DNA of 64,000 nucleotides from Candidatus Micrarchaeota archaeon (GTDB lineage: Archaea; Micrarchaeota; Micrarchaeia; Anstonellales; Bilamarchaeaceae): contig JAQBFN010000050.1 in assembly GCA_032123335.1 (NCBI GenBank), forward strand, positions 904-64,903. The letters are read 5' to 3'. How positions within the stretch are numbered: the stretch's first letter is position 1; each line of letters begins with the position of its first letter. A model generated the notes under the pieces. That model saw only the letters and a list, made by a program, of their open reading frames with translations, had not been told where the DNA came from and made no database searches. The position numbers were made by a program, and so were the translations under genes. Below, in pieces: positions 43,138 through 52,726 of the stretch.

Positions 43138-44121
43138 ATGAACAAAGCACCCCGTGGAGATGAGCCCACCCAGCCCGTCAACACAGTAACCCGGCTGAAA
43201 TACAAGCTCATGGAGGCACAGCACAAAGACAGCACTACCGGAAGGTTTCTTCGCAGGTTCCCAGAAGTTACCGGAAGGTTTCTCCACGAGTTCCCAGAAG
43301 TTACCGGACGGTTTTTCCGCAGTTTTCCAGAAGTTACAAAAAGGGGTTTCCGCAAGTTCCCGGAAGTTACCGGAGAGTTTTTCCGCAGGTTCCGCAAGCC
43401 CCTCATTATTGGTGCAACCAGCCTTGCCCTGGTAAGCGGCGCAGTTGCCGCGGTTTCCATTACTTCCTCAGGGGACATTACGTCCTCCAAGGATGAAATC
43501 CAGCTTCAGCAGGTGGACCCTGCCCAAATCAAAAACCAGCTCATGGATTCCTCAAAAAATGGGGATATCCGCAAGCTCAAGGATGCCCTCCAGAAAGGAG
43601 CGCCCATAGATTCACAAAATGAGTTCGGAGAAACTCCCCTTATTATTGTTTCTAGAACCGGAAAAATAGGGCGTATGAAATTCCTTTTGAATAATGGTGC
43701 AAACCCGAATGCTCAGGACAATGCAGGGTGGAGTGCCCTGATTGGTGTTTCCAGAGACGGCAATTTTGAAGCCGCAAAGTTCCTCCTTGACTCAGGGGCA
43801 GACCCCAAGCTCTTTAACGAAAGCAAAGAAACCGCGCTCTTCTGGGCCGCAAACAAGGGAAACAATGAGCTTGCGAGGCTCCTCTTGGAGAGGGGTGCGA
43901 ACGTGGATGCTGCAACTGCCTATGGAGTTACCCCTCTTATGCAAGCCGCTGCTTACGGCCACCTTAAAGTATGCTTAACCCTCCTTTCCGCTGGTGCGAA
44001 TGTAAATCTGCGGGATGCGAATGAAAGGACTGCAAAGGATTTTGCCTCAATGGGAGGGCAGGGGAAGCACCGTGAGGTTATCCGCTTCCTCAACGGATAT
44101 GGGGCAAGAAACGGAAGCTAA
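43138..44121 (+). CDS. membrane-anchored ankyrin-repeat protein with N-terminal 11-aa tandem repeats
   Basis: TGRF[LF]xxFPEV occurs ~4.5 times, then TM helix LIIGATSLALVSGAVAAVSI, then about 6 ANK repeats (GETPLIIVSRTGKIGRMKFLLNNGANP, GWSALIGVSRDGNFEAAKFLLDSGADP, ...). Confidence 0.75.
   Translation: MNKAPRGDEPTQPVNTVTRLKYKLMEAQHKDSTTGRFLRRFPEVTGRFLHEFPEVTGRFFRSFPEVTKRGFRKFPEVTGEFFRRFRKPLIIGATSLALVSGAVAAVSITSSGDITSSKDEIQLQQVDPAQIKNQLMDSSKNGDIRKLKDALQKGAPIDSQNEFGETPLIIVSRTGKIGRMKFLLNNGANPNAQDNAGWSALIGVSRDGNFEAAKFLLDSGADPKLFNESKETALFWAANKGNNELARLLLERGANVDAATAYGVTPLMQAAAYGHLKVCLTLLSAGANVNLRDANERTAKDFASMGGQGKHREVIRFLNGYGARNGS
43237..43395 (+). repeat. 33-nt in-frame tandem repeat (about 4.8 copies)
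   Basis: Units start at 43237, 43270, 43303, 43336 and 43369. Consensus ACCGGAAGGTTTYTCCGCAGKTTCCCAGAAGTT. Confidence 0.85.
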
Positions 44122-44159
44122 TCCCGCCCTAATTTAAATCTTGTTTTCCATAGAGCCCC

Positions 44160-45572
44160 ATGGCGAAGCAGGGCAAAACTTATCTTGGAGTAACAACGCT
44201 CGCCCTAATGACCGTTGCAGCCCTCTTTAGCCTCAGCGGCCTCACAGAAAATGCAGAGTTCGGCTTTTCCTCAATATTCTTCTATGCGCTCACCGCGCTC
44301 CTGTTCTTTATTCCCGCCGCACTCACCGCAGCCTTTCTCGCAACCCGCTTCCCAACAGGAGGCATAAATGTATGGGTTTCCAAAGCATTTGGGAAGAAAT
44401 GGGGCCTCCTTGCAATCTGGCTCCAGTGGATACAGAGCGTTACCCTCTACATAACCATCCTTAGTTTTGCTGCAGCCACCCTCGCATTCGCAATCGACCC
44501 CGCGCTCGCAAGCAACGGTCTTTTTCTCCTTGCCGCAATCCTGGTAATTTACTGGGGCGTAACCCTAGTCAACTTCCGGGGGATGAGCCTCTCCACAAAA
44601 GTAAGCTCATATGGGGTAGTACTCGGCACGCTCCTCCCCGGAGCCTTCCTAATCATTCTTTCCCTCCTTTGGATTCTGGAGGGAAATCCTATCCAGATTG
44701 AGATCTCCCTGGATGCAATCCTCCCAGAATTCCACGGCATCAACAGCCTCGTTCTTGCAATAGGCGGAATCCTCCTATATGCGGGAATTGAAATGTCCGC
44801 AGCCCACATTACGCGCCTCAGGAATCCCACGGTTGAGTACCCGCGTGCAATCTTCCTTGCAGCGGTAATTGCTTTCGTAGTATTCGTTCTGGGCTCCCTT
44901 GCAATCGCTTCCGTAGTCCCCAAGCAGAACATCAGTTTAGTTGCAGGAGTAATGGAAGCATTCACCGCCCTTCTCAACAATTATTCCGCAGGATGGCTCC
45001 TCCCCATAGTTATGCTCTTTATAGTAGGGGGCACAGTTGCGCAAATCAACACATGGATTGCCGGCCCGAGCCGCGGCCTCCTCAAGGTTGCAAGGGAAGG
45101 TTCCCTCCCGCCCATGTTCAGCCGCGTAAACAAGAACGATATGCCCACCTCCATTTTTCTACTCCAGGCAGTAATCGTAACCATCCTGGGAATCGTATTC
45201 GTAATGATGCCAGATGTAAGCACATCCTTCTGGATAATTACTGTGCTCACTGCCCAACTCTACCTCATTATGTACATACTGATGTTTGCTGCCGCAATTG
45301 CCCATTCCAAATCCGTAAAGGAAAAGCCAGGAATGTTTTCCATGCCCGGAGGGAAGTTTGGGGTCTGGATTATTGCAGGAATAGGCCTCATTGCTTCAAT
45401 AGCCGCAATAGCACTTGGATTCTTCCCCCCCGCACAGGAGCAAACAGGAGGACTTCTTTTCTACGAAGGCTTCCTGATACTTGGGATCCTAATCCTGGGC
45501 TCCGCCCCCTTAATCATGTATCACTTCAGGAAGCCCAGCTGGGTGCAGAAAAAAGCAGAGGAAAAATACTGA
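44160..45572 (+). CDS. amino acid permease (APC superfamily, glutamate/GABA-antiporter-like)
   Basis: 470 aa, about 12 TM helices, with the APC-type N-terminal region. Confidence 0.85.
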   Translation: MAKQGKTYLGVTTLALMTVAALFSLSGLTENAEFGFSSIFFYALTALLFFIPAALTAAFLATRFPTGGINVWVSKAFGKKWGLLAIWLQWIQSVTLYITILSFAAATLAFAIDPALASNGLFLLAAILVIYWGVTLVNFRGMSLSTKVSSYGVVLGTLLPGAFLIILSLLWILEGNPIQIEISLDAILPEFHGINSLVLAIGGILLYAGIEMSAAHITRLRNPTVEYPRAIFLAAVIAFVVFVLGSLAIASVVPKQNISLVAGVMEAFTALLNNYSAGWLLPIVMLFIVGGTVAQINTWIAGPSRGLLKVAREGSLPPMFSRVNKNDMPTSIFLLQAVIVTILGIVFVMMPDVSTSFWIITVLTAQLYLIMYILMFAAAIAHSKSVKEKPGMFSMPGGKFGVWIIAGIGLIASIAAIALGFFPPAQEQTGGLLFYEGFLILGILILGSAPLIMYHFRKPSWVQKKAEEKY

Positions 45573-45575
45573 TCA

Positions 45576-46322
45576 CTATCCTTCTTCCTTGAATAACTCC
45601 AACTCGAAATAGTCCAGCAGTTCAACTCCTTTCCTGTCAATCTTCAGGTTGATTTGCCAGTTTTCCACGCCTTTATTTTTCGCGCCCCTTGCGGCCCGTA
45701 TTATCCTGCTGTTGTCCCCGTCCTGCTCAGGTGGCCTGAATGGTTCCGCATCAAACATATAGCAGAGCAAAAGTATCGCCCTTGAGCCTTTCCCTATGCT
45801 TTTCCCCAGTTCCCCGAAATGCCTGATAAGGCGTTCAAATGAGTCAAACCTGGGCTGCTTTTGGTATTTCCTGCTTTTGCTGGTGGGAAGCGCAATCAGG
45901 GGAGTTTTCACTTCCACATAGTCCTTCCCAACCAGGAAATCTATTCGTGATTCCCCCAACTTCACCTCCTTCTTCACCTCCTTCCCACGCACCATCCGCG
46001 AAAGCCCCCCCACACCTATAAAATAACCCACATATTCATTTGCCCTGTTCTGGTTTATCCCAATCCACTTCTTGTTTTTCTTCTTTTTTGGGTCCAGGGA
46101 AATTGCCTCAACCGTTCCGGAGGTTTTTCTTCCCGTTCCCTCCGCCATGGAAACCAGGCAGGGGACATCTTCAAAAACGATTCCCCCAATCCTTCCGGTT
46201 GAGGGACAGTGCATCTTCAGGAGCTTTCCCCCCATCTCAACCATCATGATGAATCTGTTCGGCCTGGATTTGATTACTCCCTCAATCAGTTCTTCCTTGA
46301 ATTTGTATTTGGCCGAACCCAT
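45576..46322 (-). CDS. sfsA: SfsA family DNA/RNA nuclease (sugar fermentation stimulation protein homolog)
   Basis: SRPNRFIMMVE...HCPSTGRIG...GESRIDFLV...EVK pattern. ATG 46322 preferred over GTG 46334. Confidence 0.8.
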   Translation of the reverse strand: MGSAKYKFKEELIEGVIKSRPNRFIMMVEMGGKLLKMHCPSTGRIGGIVFEDVPCLVSMAEGTGRKTSGTVEAISLDPKKKKNKKWIGINQNRANEYVGYFIGVGGLSRMVRGKEVKKEVKLGESRIDFLVGKDYVEVKTPLIALPTSKSRKYQKQPRFDSFERLIRHFGELGKSIGKGSRAILLLCYMFDAEPFRPPEQDGDNSRIIRAARGAKNKGVENWQINLKIDRKGVELLDYFELELFKEEG

Positions 46323-46327
46323 GCAAA

Positions 46328-46789
46328 TCAGCACTCTTTCCCATGTTTTTGATGGTACTTTTGGTGGTGATCATCCGCCATCCAGAACTCTCCCGCAGGA
46401 ACAATCTCCGTAACCACCTTCTTATCCCCGTACTTCTTTTGCTGCTCCTTTTTTGATTTCTCAGCAAGATCCCTCTGCTCCTTCGTATAATAGAAAATAA
46501 TCGAGCGGTACTGGCTCCCCACATCCGGCCCCTGCCGGTTTGGGGTAATCGGATTATGCATCCCCCAGAACGCCTCCAGCAAATCCACATACGAAACCTT
46601 CCCCGGATCATACTTCAGGTGCACGGTTTCCGCATGCCCCGTATTCCCTCCACTCACATCATCATAACCAGCATTCTTTGTATGCCCTCCCATAAACCCC
46701 ACCTCAGTCTCAGTAACCCCCTCAATCTGCATAAATCCATCTTCCACTCCCCAGAAGCACCCCGCAGCAAATGCAGCTTCATCAATCAT
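46328..46789 (-). CDS. msrA: peptide-methionine (S)-S-oxide reductase
   Basis: AAFAAGCFWGVE active-site motif, with GHAETV and QYRS regions. Confidence 0.9.
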   Translation of the reverse strand: MIDEAAFAAGCFWGVEDGFMQIEGVTETEVGFMGGHTKNAGYDDVSGGNTGHAETVHLKYDPGKVSYVDLLEAFWGMHNPITPNRQGPDVGSQYRSIIFYYTKEQRDLAEKSKKEQQKKYGDKKVVTEIVPAGEFWMADDHHQKYHQKHGKEC

Positions 46790-46963
46790 GTTTTGCGCAG
46801 TCCTCCTTATCTCATGTACACATTCGTAAGCTCAAATCCCCATTCCACAACATCCGGAACATCCCTCAATTCCTGATCGCTCCAGATAAACATCTTCCCC
46901 AAATTATTAAAATTGCAGCACCCCTCAGCAAGCTTTAAATTCCATAGTATGCATATCTGCCCA

Positions 46964-47956
46964 ATGCCAATTATCTCCACTTCCAGCCTTACAAAGAAAT
47001 TCAATTCATTCACTGCAGTGGATTCTGTTTCCCTGGAAGTAAAGAAAGGCGAGATTTTCGGCCTCCTTGGCCCAAACGGCGCAGGCAAAACCACCTTCAT
47101 TTCCATGCTTGTTACAATGAAGCGCCCCACCTCCGGCCGCGCGGAAGTAAACGGGTTTGATGTTTCTTCCGACCCCATGGGCGTGCGCAAGAGCATAGGA
47201 ATCGTTTTCCAGGACCAGGCCCTGGATGAGGAACTTACCGCATACGAAAACCTGGACCTCCACGCAGCACTTTATTCCGTTCCCCGCGCAGAAAGGGAAC
47301 CCCGCATTATGGAGGTGCTCAAAATGGTTGAGCTGGACTCCCGCAAAGATGATTTAGTAAAAACCTTTTCAGGAGGGATGCGCAGGCGCCTTGAAATCGC
47401 CCGTGGCCTCATCCACTACCCAAAAGTACTCTTCTTGGATGAGCCTACTCTTGGGCTCGACCCCCAGACCCGCAAGCGCATCTGGGAATACATAGAGAAG
47501 CTCCAGAAGGAGCACAATGTAACTGTTTTCCTCACTACCCATTATATGGAAGAGGCGGATTCCCTCTGCGGCCGAATCGCAATAATCGACAAGGGAAAAA
47601 TAATTGCCCTGGATTCCCCCTCTGCATTGAAGGATTCCCTCGGAGGGGATACTCTGCTTATGGAATGCGACCACCCTGAGAAGCTCTGCAAGGCACTGAA
47701 GGGAAAAAAATGCGTGCAGGATTCCCGCCCCCACGATGGCAAGATTACCATTGTAGTTGAGAAGGGGGAAAAGCAGATCCCCATGCTTATGCAGGCTGCA
47801 AAGGATGCAGGGGTTGAAGTAAGTTCCGTTTCCCTTCACAAGCCCACGCTTGATGATGTTTTCCTGCATTATACAGGCCGCACAATACGCGAAGAAAATG
47901 TTTCCGCGGGCGAATCGTTCAAGATGCATGCGCGCGCAAGGAGGAGAGTTTCATGA
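46964..47956 (+). CDS. ABC transporter ATP-binding protein (ABC-2/daunorubicin-type)
   Basis: Walker A GPNGAGKTT, signature SGGMRRRL, Walker B LFLDEPT, H-loop TTHYMEEA. Confidence 0.9.
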   Translation: MPIISTSSLTKKFNSFTAVDSVSLEVKKGEIFGLLGPNGAGKTTFISMLVTMKRPTSGRAEVNGFDVSSDPMGVRKSIGIVFQDQALDEELTAYENLDLHAALYSVPRAEREPRIMEVLKMVELDSRKDDLVKTFSGGMRRRLEIARGLIHYPKVLFLDEPTLGLDPQTRKRIWEYIEKLQKEHNVTVFLTTHYMEEADSLCGRIAIIDKGKIIALDSPSALKDSLGGDTLLMECDHPEKLCKALKGKKCVQDSRPHDGKITIVVEKGEKQIPMLMQAAKDAGVEVSSVSLHKPTLDDVFLHYTGRTIREENVSAGESFKMHARARRRVS

Positions 47957-48708
47957 ATTCCGAGCTTCTCGCAATCTACTTTCTCTGGAAAAGGGAGCTC
48001 ATCCGCTTCTTCCGCTCCAAGAGCAGGATAATAGGAAGCATGGGAATGCCCGTTTTCTTCCTGTTTATGCTCGGGTTCGGGCTAGGTGGGTTGGTTTCCC
48101 TGGATGGAGGGGAACGCTACCTTGATTTTATTGCTCCCGGAATGCTTGGAATGGTCCTGCTTTTCGGCTCCATTTTTTCCGGCATAATTGTTCTTATGGA
48201 CAAGCAGTTCGGTTTCCTTAAGGAAACCCTTGTTGCTCCCGTGCGCAGGGAAAGCATAGTGCTCGGGAAGGCCCTGGGCGGCGCCACCACCGCAGTTGTG
48301 CAGGGAATCCTCATGCTCGGAGTAATGGCCCTTATGGGCGTAACAATTCCCCTTTCCTCGATTCCTGCCCTCCTGTTCGTAATGTTTATTATCTCCATGG
48401 CGTTTGTTTCCCTGGGAATCGCCATTGCTTCGTTTATGGAGGACATGCACGGGTTCCAGCTTATAGTGAATTTTCTTATTTTCCCAATGTTCCTGCTTTC
48501 CGGGGCAATCTTTCCCCTGGACAAAACCCCGGAAATAGTCCAGTACCTCTCATATCTAGACCCGCTCACTTTTGGGGTGGATGCGCTCCGCTCAGTATTC
48601 CTTGGGAGCTCCCAGTTTCCCTTCATGCTTGACCTGGGTGTGCTTCTTGGTTTCCTGGCTCTTACCACAGTTGTAGCCGCATACCTCTTCAGGAAAATAG
48701 AGAGCTGA
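47953..48708 (+). CDS. ABC-2 type transporter permease
   Basis: Six TM helices. 4-nt overlap with the upstream ATPase gene. Confidence 0.8.
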   Translation: MNSELLAIYFLWKRELIRFFRSKSRIIGSMGMPVFFLFMLGFGLGGLVSLDGGERYLDFIAPGMLGMVLLFGSIFSGIIVLMDKQFGFLKETLVAPVRRESIVLGKALGGATTAVVQGILMLGVMALMGVTIPLSSIPALLFVMFIISMAFVSLGIAIASFMEDMHGFQLIVNFLIFPMFLLSGAIFPLDKTPEIVQYLSYLDPLTFGVDALRSVFLGSSQFPFMLDLGVLLGFLALTTVVAAYLFRKIES

Positions 48709-48796
48709 GCCCGATTTTCCCCAGTTTCCCAAAAAGGAAAGGGTTATAATACCTAACAAACGATACTCCCATTAGTATAAGTAAATAGGTGTAAAA

Positions 48797-48991
48797 ATGG
48801 CAGAAGGAACAGTAAAGTTCTTTAACGAAACTAAGCGCTTCGGCTTTATTGCCGGAGATGATGGAAAAGAGTACTTTGTGCACGAGAGTGGGCTCAAAGA
48901 AGGAACCACACTCGCAGAAGGTGACAAAGTAAAGTTCGATGTTACTGAAGGTGACAGGGGACCCAAAGCAGAAAACGTAGAAAAGATTTAG
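48797..48991 (+). CDS. cspA: cold-shock domain protein
   Basis: GTVKFFNETKRFGFI (RNP1-like) and YFVHES (RNP2-like). 64 aa. Confidence 0.9.
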   Translation: MAEGTVKFFNETKRFGFIAGDDGKEYFVHESGLKEGTTLAEGDKVKFDVTEGDRGPKAENVEKI

Positions 48992-49103
48992 GTCTCTTCA
49001 GTTTTTTGATTTTTCTTTTCTTATTTTTCTTTTTATTTATTTTAATTACTTCTGATTTTTCCAGTTTCTTCATTTTAAAAAAATAAAAATTAAGGAAAGG
49101 GGA

Positions 49104-51122
49104 TTACCTTACCCCTAAGAAGTCCATCTTAAGCAAATTCGGATTATCCAGCCCCACCGTTCTGTGCAGCAGCCTTCCCTCGCTGGTAAGGTATGTTCCC
49201 ATGTACCCGTCCGGCCCGAAGAACTGGGACTGGAAGGTGGGCGCACCGTTGTTCCACCCATAGAACCTGAGCCCCTGGTCCACTGTACCCTGCGGAGTCT
49301 GGTATGTGTTTCCATAATCCAGCAGAAGCGTTTTGTCCTTTAGTTGTGCTGCGGTTATCACGTGCATCCCGTTCGGGGTGTTTACGCTCATCACTATTGC
49401 ATCCACTCCATTCGCCCGCATAAATTCTGCCATCAGCCAGTGGATTCCCGCGCACACCGCAATTCCATTCTTAAGGTTCTCAGGCATGGGCCCGGAGTTG
49501 TTCTGGTACCACCCTATATACTCCTGGAGGTATTGGAAGATGTCTTCATTGCTTGCATTTGCTATCCGCTCTATTTCCGGGTCAAAGATATTCCCATTGG
49601 TCATGGAGTCATATGCATCGTTCGCATAGGCAACCTGCTGCATAAATGCGCCCAGGAACCTTGCCCTAACCACCACTTCTTCCTCAGAAAGGTTCCCATA
49701 TGAGTTCTTGAACTCCTCGAAGCTGCCCGATTCCAGCATTCTTTGCTTCATCTCGTTTATGGGCACATCATAATATGCGTCTCCTGACTTTCCGAATCCA
49801 TAGGGCCCAGGGTGCTCCCTGTCCGGAATATCTGTTTCCGCAAACTCAATGCTCCCATTCTGCAGGTGGGAATATTCTGCCGTGTTTGTGGAGTTGAAGC
49901 CCTCTGCCCCAAGCACTATATTCATCCCCACCATTACTGCGGGGTCCATCCTTCCCCCAAGCTGCTGGGACCAGTGGGTCATTCCCAGGGAAAGCCAGAT
50001 ATCTATGTCCGCATCAACCGCCTTGTCCCTTACGCTCACCGTGCGGGTTCCCCTGAACCCGTACCTGTCGTTTATTCCATAGTTATCTCCAATCAACCCG
50101 ATGTCTGCAAAAGCGCGAACCGTAAATCCCTTGGGAAGCCTTATCTGTGCCCCCACTTCCACATCCTGGAATTTTGGCTCATAATACCCTACATATGCAG
50201 TCTTTATCGGGTCGTTTGCCGAAAAATAGAATGTTGGAACCCCGTAAAGCAGCAGCGTTTTTGCAATCTCCGCTGATATCCCTACAGAGAAATTCACATA
50301 GGTATCATCATATGCCGGGTAGGAAAGCGCGCCTCCGAATATTCCTCCCATCCTGAGCCTGAAGTTCTCTCCAATTGGCTGTGAGTACCCAAGCCCCACA
50401 GAATGCGAGCTGTATACCCAGGAAGCCATGTTTCCCATGAATGCCGCGCTTCCGTAATACACACCCTTTAATCTCCATACATTGAGCTCCGGCCTTAGCA
50501 TAATCCTTCCAAATGGCGCAAGCGGCCCCCTGAACGAAAGCACTCCCGCATCAAGGCGTGCAAGGTTCCTGTACCTGAATGCCCCGAATGCAGCCTCTCC
50601 CGCTTCATTTGCAAGAAAATTCACACCCAAATCTATCGGGTTGTCCCTCGTCATCTTCCTGGGCTCCCCGCCCACCTCAACCTCATCCTGGAACGGGCTG
50701 AGCGCTGGATCATTATAGCTGCTTGGTGCAAGCGGGAACACCACGTTGTGCCTCACTATTTTATCTCTCACGTCCTCTTCCGTTTCTTCAGCTGGTGGGT
50801 TATCCTTAGGCGCATTTCCCTGCTCTACCCTTTCCATCTCCTCTGAAAATTCATCCAGGCTTTTCAGAACAGCGTCTGTTTCCCTTATGGTCTCAGCTAA
50901 TTTTTTATCAGTACTGGTTTCCGCTGCAGGCTTCCCCTTTTTCTTGCCTGCTTCTCCCTTGACTTCATGCTCCCCGGTTTCCAGGTCTATGGCTTCTCCC
51001 GCATGTGGGCCTTCCTGAGGAGCCCATTTATCTTCCGCTTTTGCATTCCCGGAAACCAATGGCGCAATTAGCATAAAAGTTCCCAATGCCGCAGCCGCAA
51101 ACCTTTTTCCAAAACGAGCCAT
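49104..51122 (-). CDS. large secreted protein with C-terminal transglutaminase-like Cys-His core
   Basis: Signal peptide MARFGKRFAAAALGTFMLIAPLVSGNAKA (start at the internal Met; the track ORF runs to 51191). The central ~300 aa is rich in G/Y/F alternating beta-type segments. C-terminus: VCAGIHWLMAEFMRANGVDAIVMSVNTPNGMHVITA...LLLDYG. Confidence 0.6.
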   Translation of the reverse strand: MARFGKRFAAAALGTFMLIAPLVSGNAKAEDKWAPQEGPHAGEAIDLETGEHEVKGEAGKKKGKPAAETSTDKKLAETIRETDAVLKSLDEFSEEMERVEQGNAPKDNPPAEETEEDVRDKIVRHNVVFPLAPSSYNDPALSPFQDEVEVGGEPRKMTRDNPIDLGVNFLANEAGEAAFGAFRYRNLARLDAGVLSFRGPLAPFGRIMLRPELNVWRLKGVYYGSAAFMGNMASWVYSSHSVGLGYSQPIGENFRLRMGGIFGGALSYPAYDDTYVNFSVGISAEIAKTLLLYGVPTFYFSANDPIKTAYVGYYEPKFQDVEVGAQIRLPKGFTVRAFADIGLIGDNYGINDRYGFRGTRTVSVRDKAVDADIDIWLSLGMTHWSQQLGGRMDPAVMVGMNIVLGAEGFNSTNTAEYSHLQNGSIEFAETDIPDREHPGPYGFGKSGDAYYDVPINEMKQRMLESGSFEEFKNSYGNLSEEEVVVRARFLGAFMQQVAYANDAYDSMTNGNIFDPEIERIANASNEDIFQYLQEYIGWYQNNSGPMPENLKNGIAVCAGIHWLMAEFMRANGVDAIVMSVNTPNGMHVITAAQLKDKTLLLDYGNTYQTPQGTVDQGLRFYGWNNGAPTFQSQFFGPDGYMGTYLTSEGRLLHRTVGLDNPNLLKMDFLGVR

Positions 51123-51417
51123 CTTTCCTGCTTTCTGCTCCGGTGCCGGTGTGATTTTCTTAATCCTGAGTTCCTTTTGTTCGAATTTCATAACTTCTAC
51201 CCACCATATATTTACAGTAGAGGTAATTTAAGGTTACATTATGTAACAAATATCACTTACGCCCCCCCAAACATCACATTTATAAACACATACAAACACA
51301 ATTAATCCAAGAGATCTAGAAACCTTCTCGAATGCAGGATATTTTTGCATGGGCACCTGGTTTAATAACCAATGCTCAGAAAGCAGGTAAAGCTATTTCT
51401 CAAAAAGAGTGAGCTAA

Positions 51418-52638
51418 ATGAAATTCATAGAATTAGGACTTTCAGGCAAAACCCTGAAAGCAATAGATGCGTGCGGCTATACCCAGCCAACGGAAGTGCA
51501 GGAAAAGGCAATCCCCAAAATAATTGCTGGGGTCAACTTAGTTGTAAGGAGCCAGACCGGAACCGGCAAAACTGCCGCTTTTGGAATCGGTTTAGTTGAG
51601 CGGATTACTTCCGGCTCAACTTCCAAGGCGCTTGTGCTCGTTCCCACACGTGAACTTGCAATGCAGGTATCCACAGAGATACAGGAGCTTGGCCGGGTGC
51701 ATGGCCTGAAGACCTGCGCAGTATACGGCGGGCAGAAAATAAACATCCAGATGCGGGAGCTTGAAAAGAAATACAATATTCTTGTTGCAACCCCCGGAAG
51801 GCTGCAGGATTTATGCAAGCGCAGGAGAATCCATCTTTCCAGCTTCAACCTGATTGTTCTGGATGAAGCGGACCACATGCTGGACATTGGTTTCCAGAAG
51901 GATGTCCTGGAAATTCTTGCCCACCTCCCTTCCAACCTTGTAACGCTTCTATTTTCAGCAACAGTAGACAAGGGAGTAAAGAACATTATTTCCCGCTACA
52001 TGCCCAATTCGGAGTTTATAGAAGTAGGGGAAATGAAGATTGTTTCCTCAATAAATGAGGAGCACATAGAGCTTTCGCATGTGGACAAGGTTTCCGCTTT
52101 GCACAAGATACTTGATGCCCACCGCGGAGTCAAAACCCTTATTTTCATGAGAACAAAGAGAGGCGTAATCAAGCTGAAGGAAAAGCTTAAGCAAAGGGAA
52201 ATAGAAGGAGTCGGCATGCTCCAGGGCGACATGGAGCAGTGCAGGCGCAACAAGGTTATTTCCGCCTTTAAGGATGGCACCATCAATGTTCTTGTTGCAA
52301 CCAATGTTGCTGCCCGCGGGCTGCACATAGAGAACGTAGACCTTATTGTAAATTTTGATGAGGCTGAAAACAAGGAAACCCACCTTCATAGAGTTGGCCG
52401 TACCGGGCGCATGGGTGCAGAAGGCAAAGTAATTAATTTAATTTCGCACGATGAGCCCCGTAAGCCCCAGGGAAACCGCAGTGGCAGCCGCCATGGCACG
52501 CGTGGCGGACGCAAGAGCCCAAGCCCTTCAGGTGGACGCGCTTCAGGAGGGCGCAACCGCAGGCCTTCCAATTCCGGAGGCTCCAGCCAGGGCCGCCGTC
52601 CTTCCCGTTCCGGTCGCCCTAGAAGGGGTAAGAGATAG
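51418..52638 (+). CDS. DEAD-box ATP-dependent RNA helicase (paralog of 24505-25749)
   Basis: [42 protein letters not shown]-rich C-terminal tail. Confidence 0.9.
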   Translation: MKFIELGLSGKTLKAIDACGYTQPTEVQEKAIPKIIAGVNLVVRSQTGTGKTAAFGIGLVERITSGSTSKALVLVPTRELAMQVSTEIQELGRVHGLKTCAVYGGQKINIQMRELEKKYNILVATPGRLQDLCKRRRIHLSSFNLIVLDEADHMLDIGFQKDVLEILAHLPSNLVTLLFSATVDKGVKNIISRYMPNSEFIEVGEMKIVSSINEEHIELSHVDKVSALHKILDAHRGVKTLIFMRTKRGVIKLKEKLKQREIEGVGMLQGDMEQCRRNKVISAFKDGTINVLVATNVAARGLHIENVDLIVNFDEAENKETHLHRVGRTGRMGAEGKVINLISHDEPRKPQGNRSGSRHGTRGGRKSPSPSGGRASGGRNRRPSNSGGSSQGRRPSRSGRPRRGKR

Positions 52639-52726
52639 AGTTTTTTATATTTCTAAATTTTCTTTGTGCAAGCTTTATATGTCTTTTTGAATATATATTC
52701 AATATTACTCAAAAGAGGTAGATATA

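Noticed and set aside
43119-43490. Regular 33-nt periodicity that at first glance resembles a short CRISPR-like array, plus a 123-aa minus-strand ORF (PVTSGNLRKN repeats)
   Set aside because: The units are contiguous with no unique spacers. They are in frame with a long plus-strand ORF that continues into a TM helix and ankyrin repeats. There are no cas genes. The minus ORF is the mirror of the repeat.
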